A stretch of 64,000 nucleotides of DNA from NCBI GenBank assembly GCA_040882645.1, contig JBBEAX010000085.1, positions 55,933-119,932 of the forward strand. The letters run 5' to 3'. Of the stretch, positions 63,698 through 64,000 are shown piece by piece. The notes beneath the pieces are model-generated. The model made no database searches, was not told the DNA's origin, and was given only the letters and a program-made list of their open reading frames with translations. Each line of letters starts with the position of its first letter. Position 1 is the stretch's first letter. This stretch comes from Acidimicrobiia bacterium (GTDB lineage Bacteria; Actinomycetota; Acidimicrobiia; Spongiisociales; UBA11373). The position numbers and the translations under genes were made by a program.

Positions 63698-64000
63698 CTA
63701 CTGGTAACGAATGCGTGGATCGAGATAGACATAAATGATATCGGCGATCAGGTGCCCGAGGAGGGCGAGCACCGCGATGATCGACAAGGTGCCCATCGCC
63801 AGCGGGATGTCCTCGAGCAGCACGGCCTGGAAAAGCAGCAGCCCGATCCCGGGCCACGAGAAGACCGTCTCGGTGATGATCCCGCCGCCGATCACGAATG
63901 CCAGGGCAAGCACCAGGGAGGTGACCACCGGCAGCAAGGCGTTCCGGGCCGCATGACGATCTCGGATCGCCTTTTCCGACAGGCCCTTGGCGCGTGCCGT
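63698..64000 (-). CDS. Opp/Dpp-type ABC transporter permease (OppB/DppB-like), C-terminal part; gene continues past the right edge
   Basis: ...ITETVFSWPGIGLLLFQAV...IADIIYVYLDPRIRYQ is the canonical OppB C-terminus. The frame stays open to the window end. Confidence 0.8.
   Translation of the reverse strand, partial: TARAKGLSEKAIRDRHAARNALLPVVTSLVLALAFVIGGGIITETVFSWPGIGLLLFQAVLLEDIPLAMGTLSIIAVLALLGHLIADIIYVYLDPRIRYQ

Overview
High-GC, actinobacterial-type chromosome segment in three parts. (1) 1 to ~33.5 kb is conserved core. It holds a complete Pup-proteasome locus on the minus strand in the mycobacterial gene order (trmI, mpa/arc, dop, pup, prcB, prcA, pafA, pafB, pafC, tatA, tatC, helY), many joined by 4-nt stop/start overlaps. 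Housekeeping, transporter, secreted-protein and cNMP-signalling genes follow. (2) ~35.0 to ~60.0 kb is a visibly less GC-rich ~24.9 kb genomic island at the 3' end of tRNA-Leu(GAG) (59915-59998, minus). It is bounded by a perfect 55-bp direct repeat of the tRNA 3' half (35038-35092 / 59914-59968). The tRNA-proximal half carries a res-mod Type III R-M pair, an Xis-like HTH, a DUF3987 protein and a tyrosine integrase. The distal half holds a ~10.3 kb cassette bracketed by ~350-bp direct repeats (36958-37307 / 47632-47987). This cassette has the most unusual content. It contains a translationally coupled three-enzyme operon (ThiL/PurM-like, HIT, and a class III nucleotide cyclase fused to a large helical-repeat domain). 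Divergent from the operon is a 1,2xx-aa orphan protein ending in a PD-(D/E)xK-like nuclease motif, followed by a YaaC-like protein. I could not match this combination to any described defence or signalling system, and it is my top candidate for a novel nucleotide-based conflict system. (3) 60.0-64.0 kb returns to core: an NTF2-like protein and an Opp/Dpp-type ABC transporter running off the right edge. No rRNA or CRISPR array was seen. Many long ORFs in the track are antisense shadow ORFs typical of high-GC DNA and were rejected. All functional calls come from motif recognition by eye; no searches were run.
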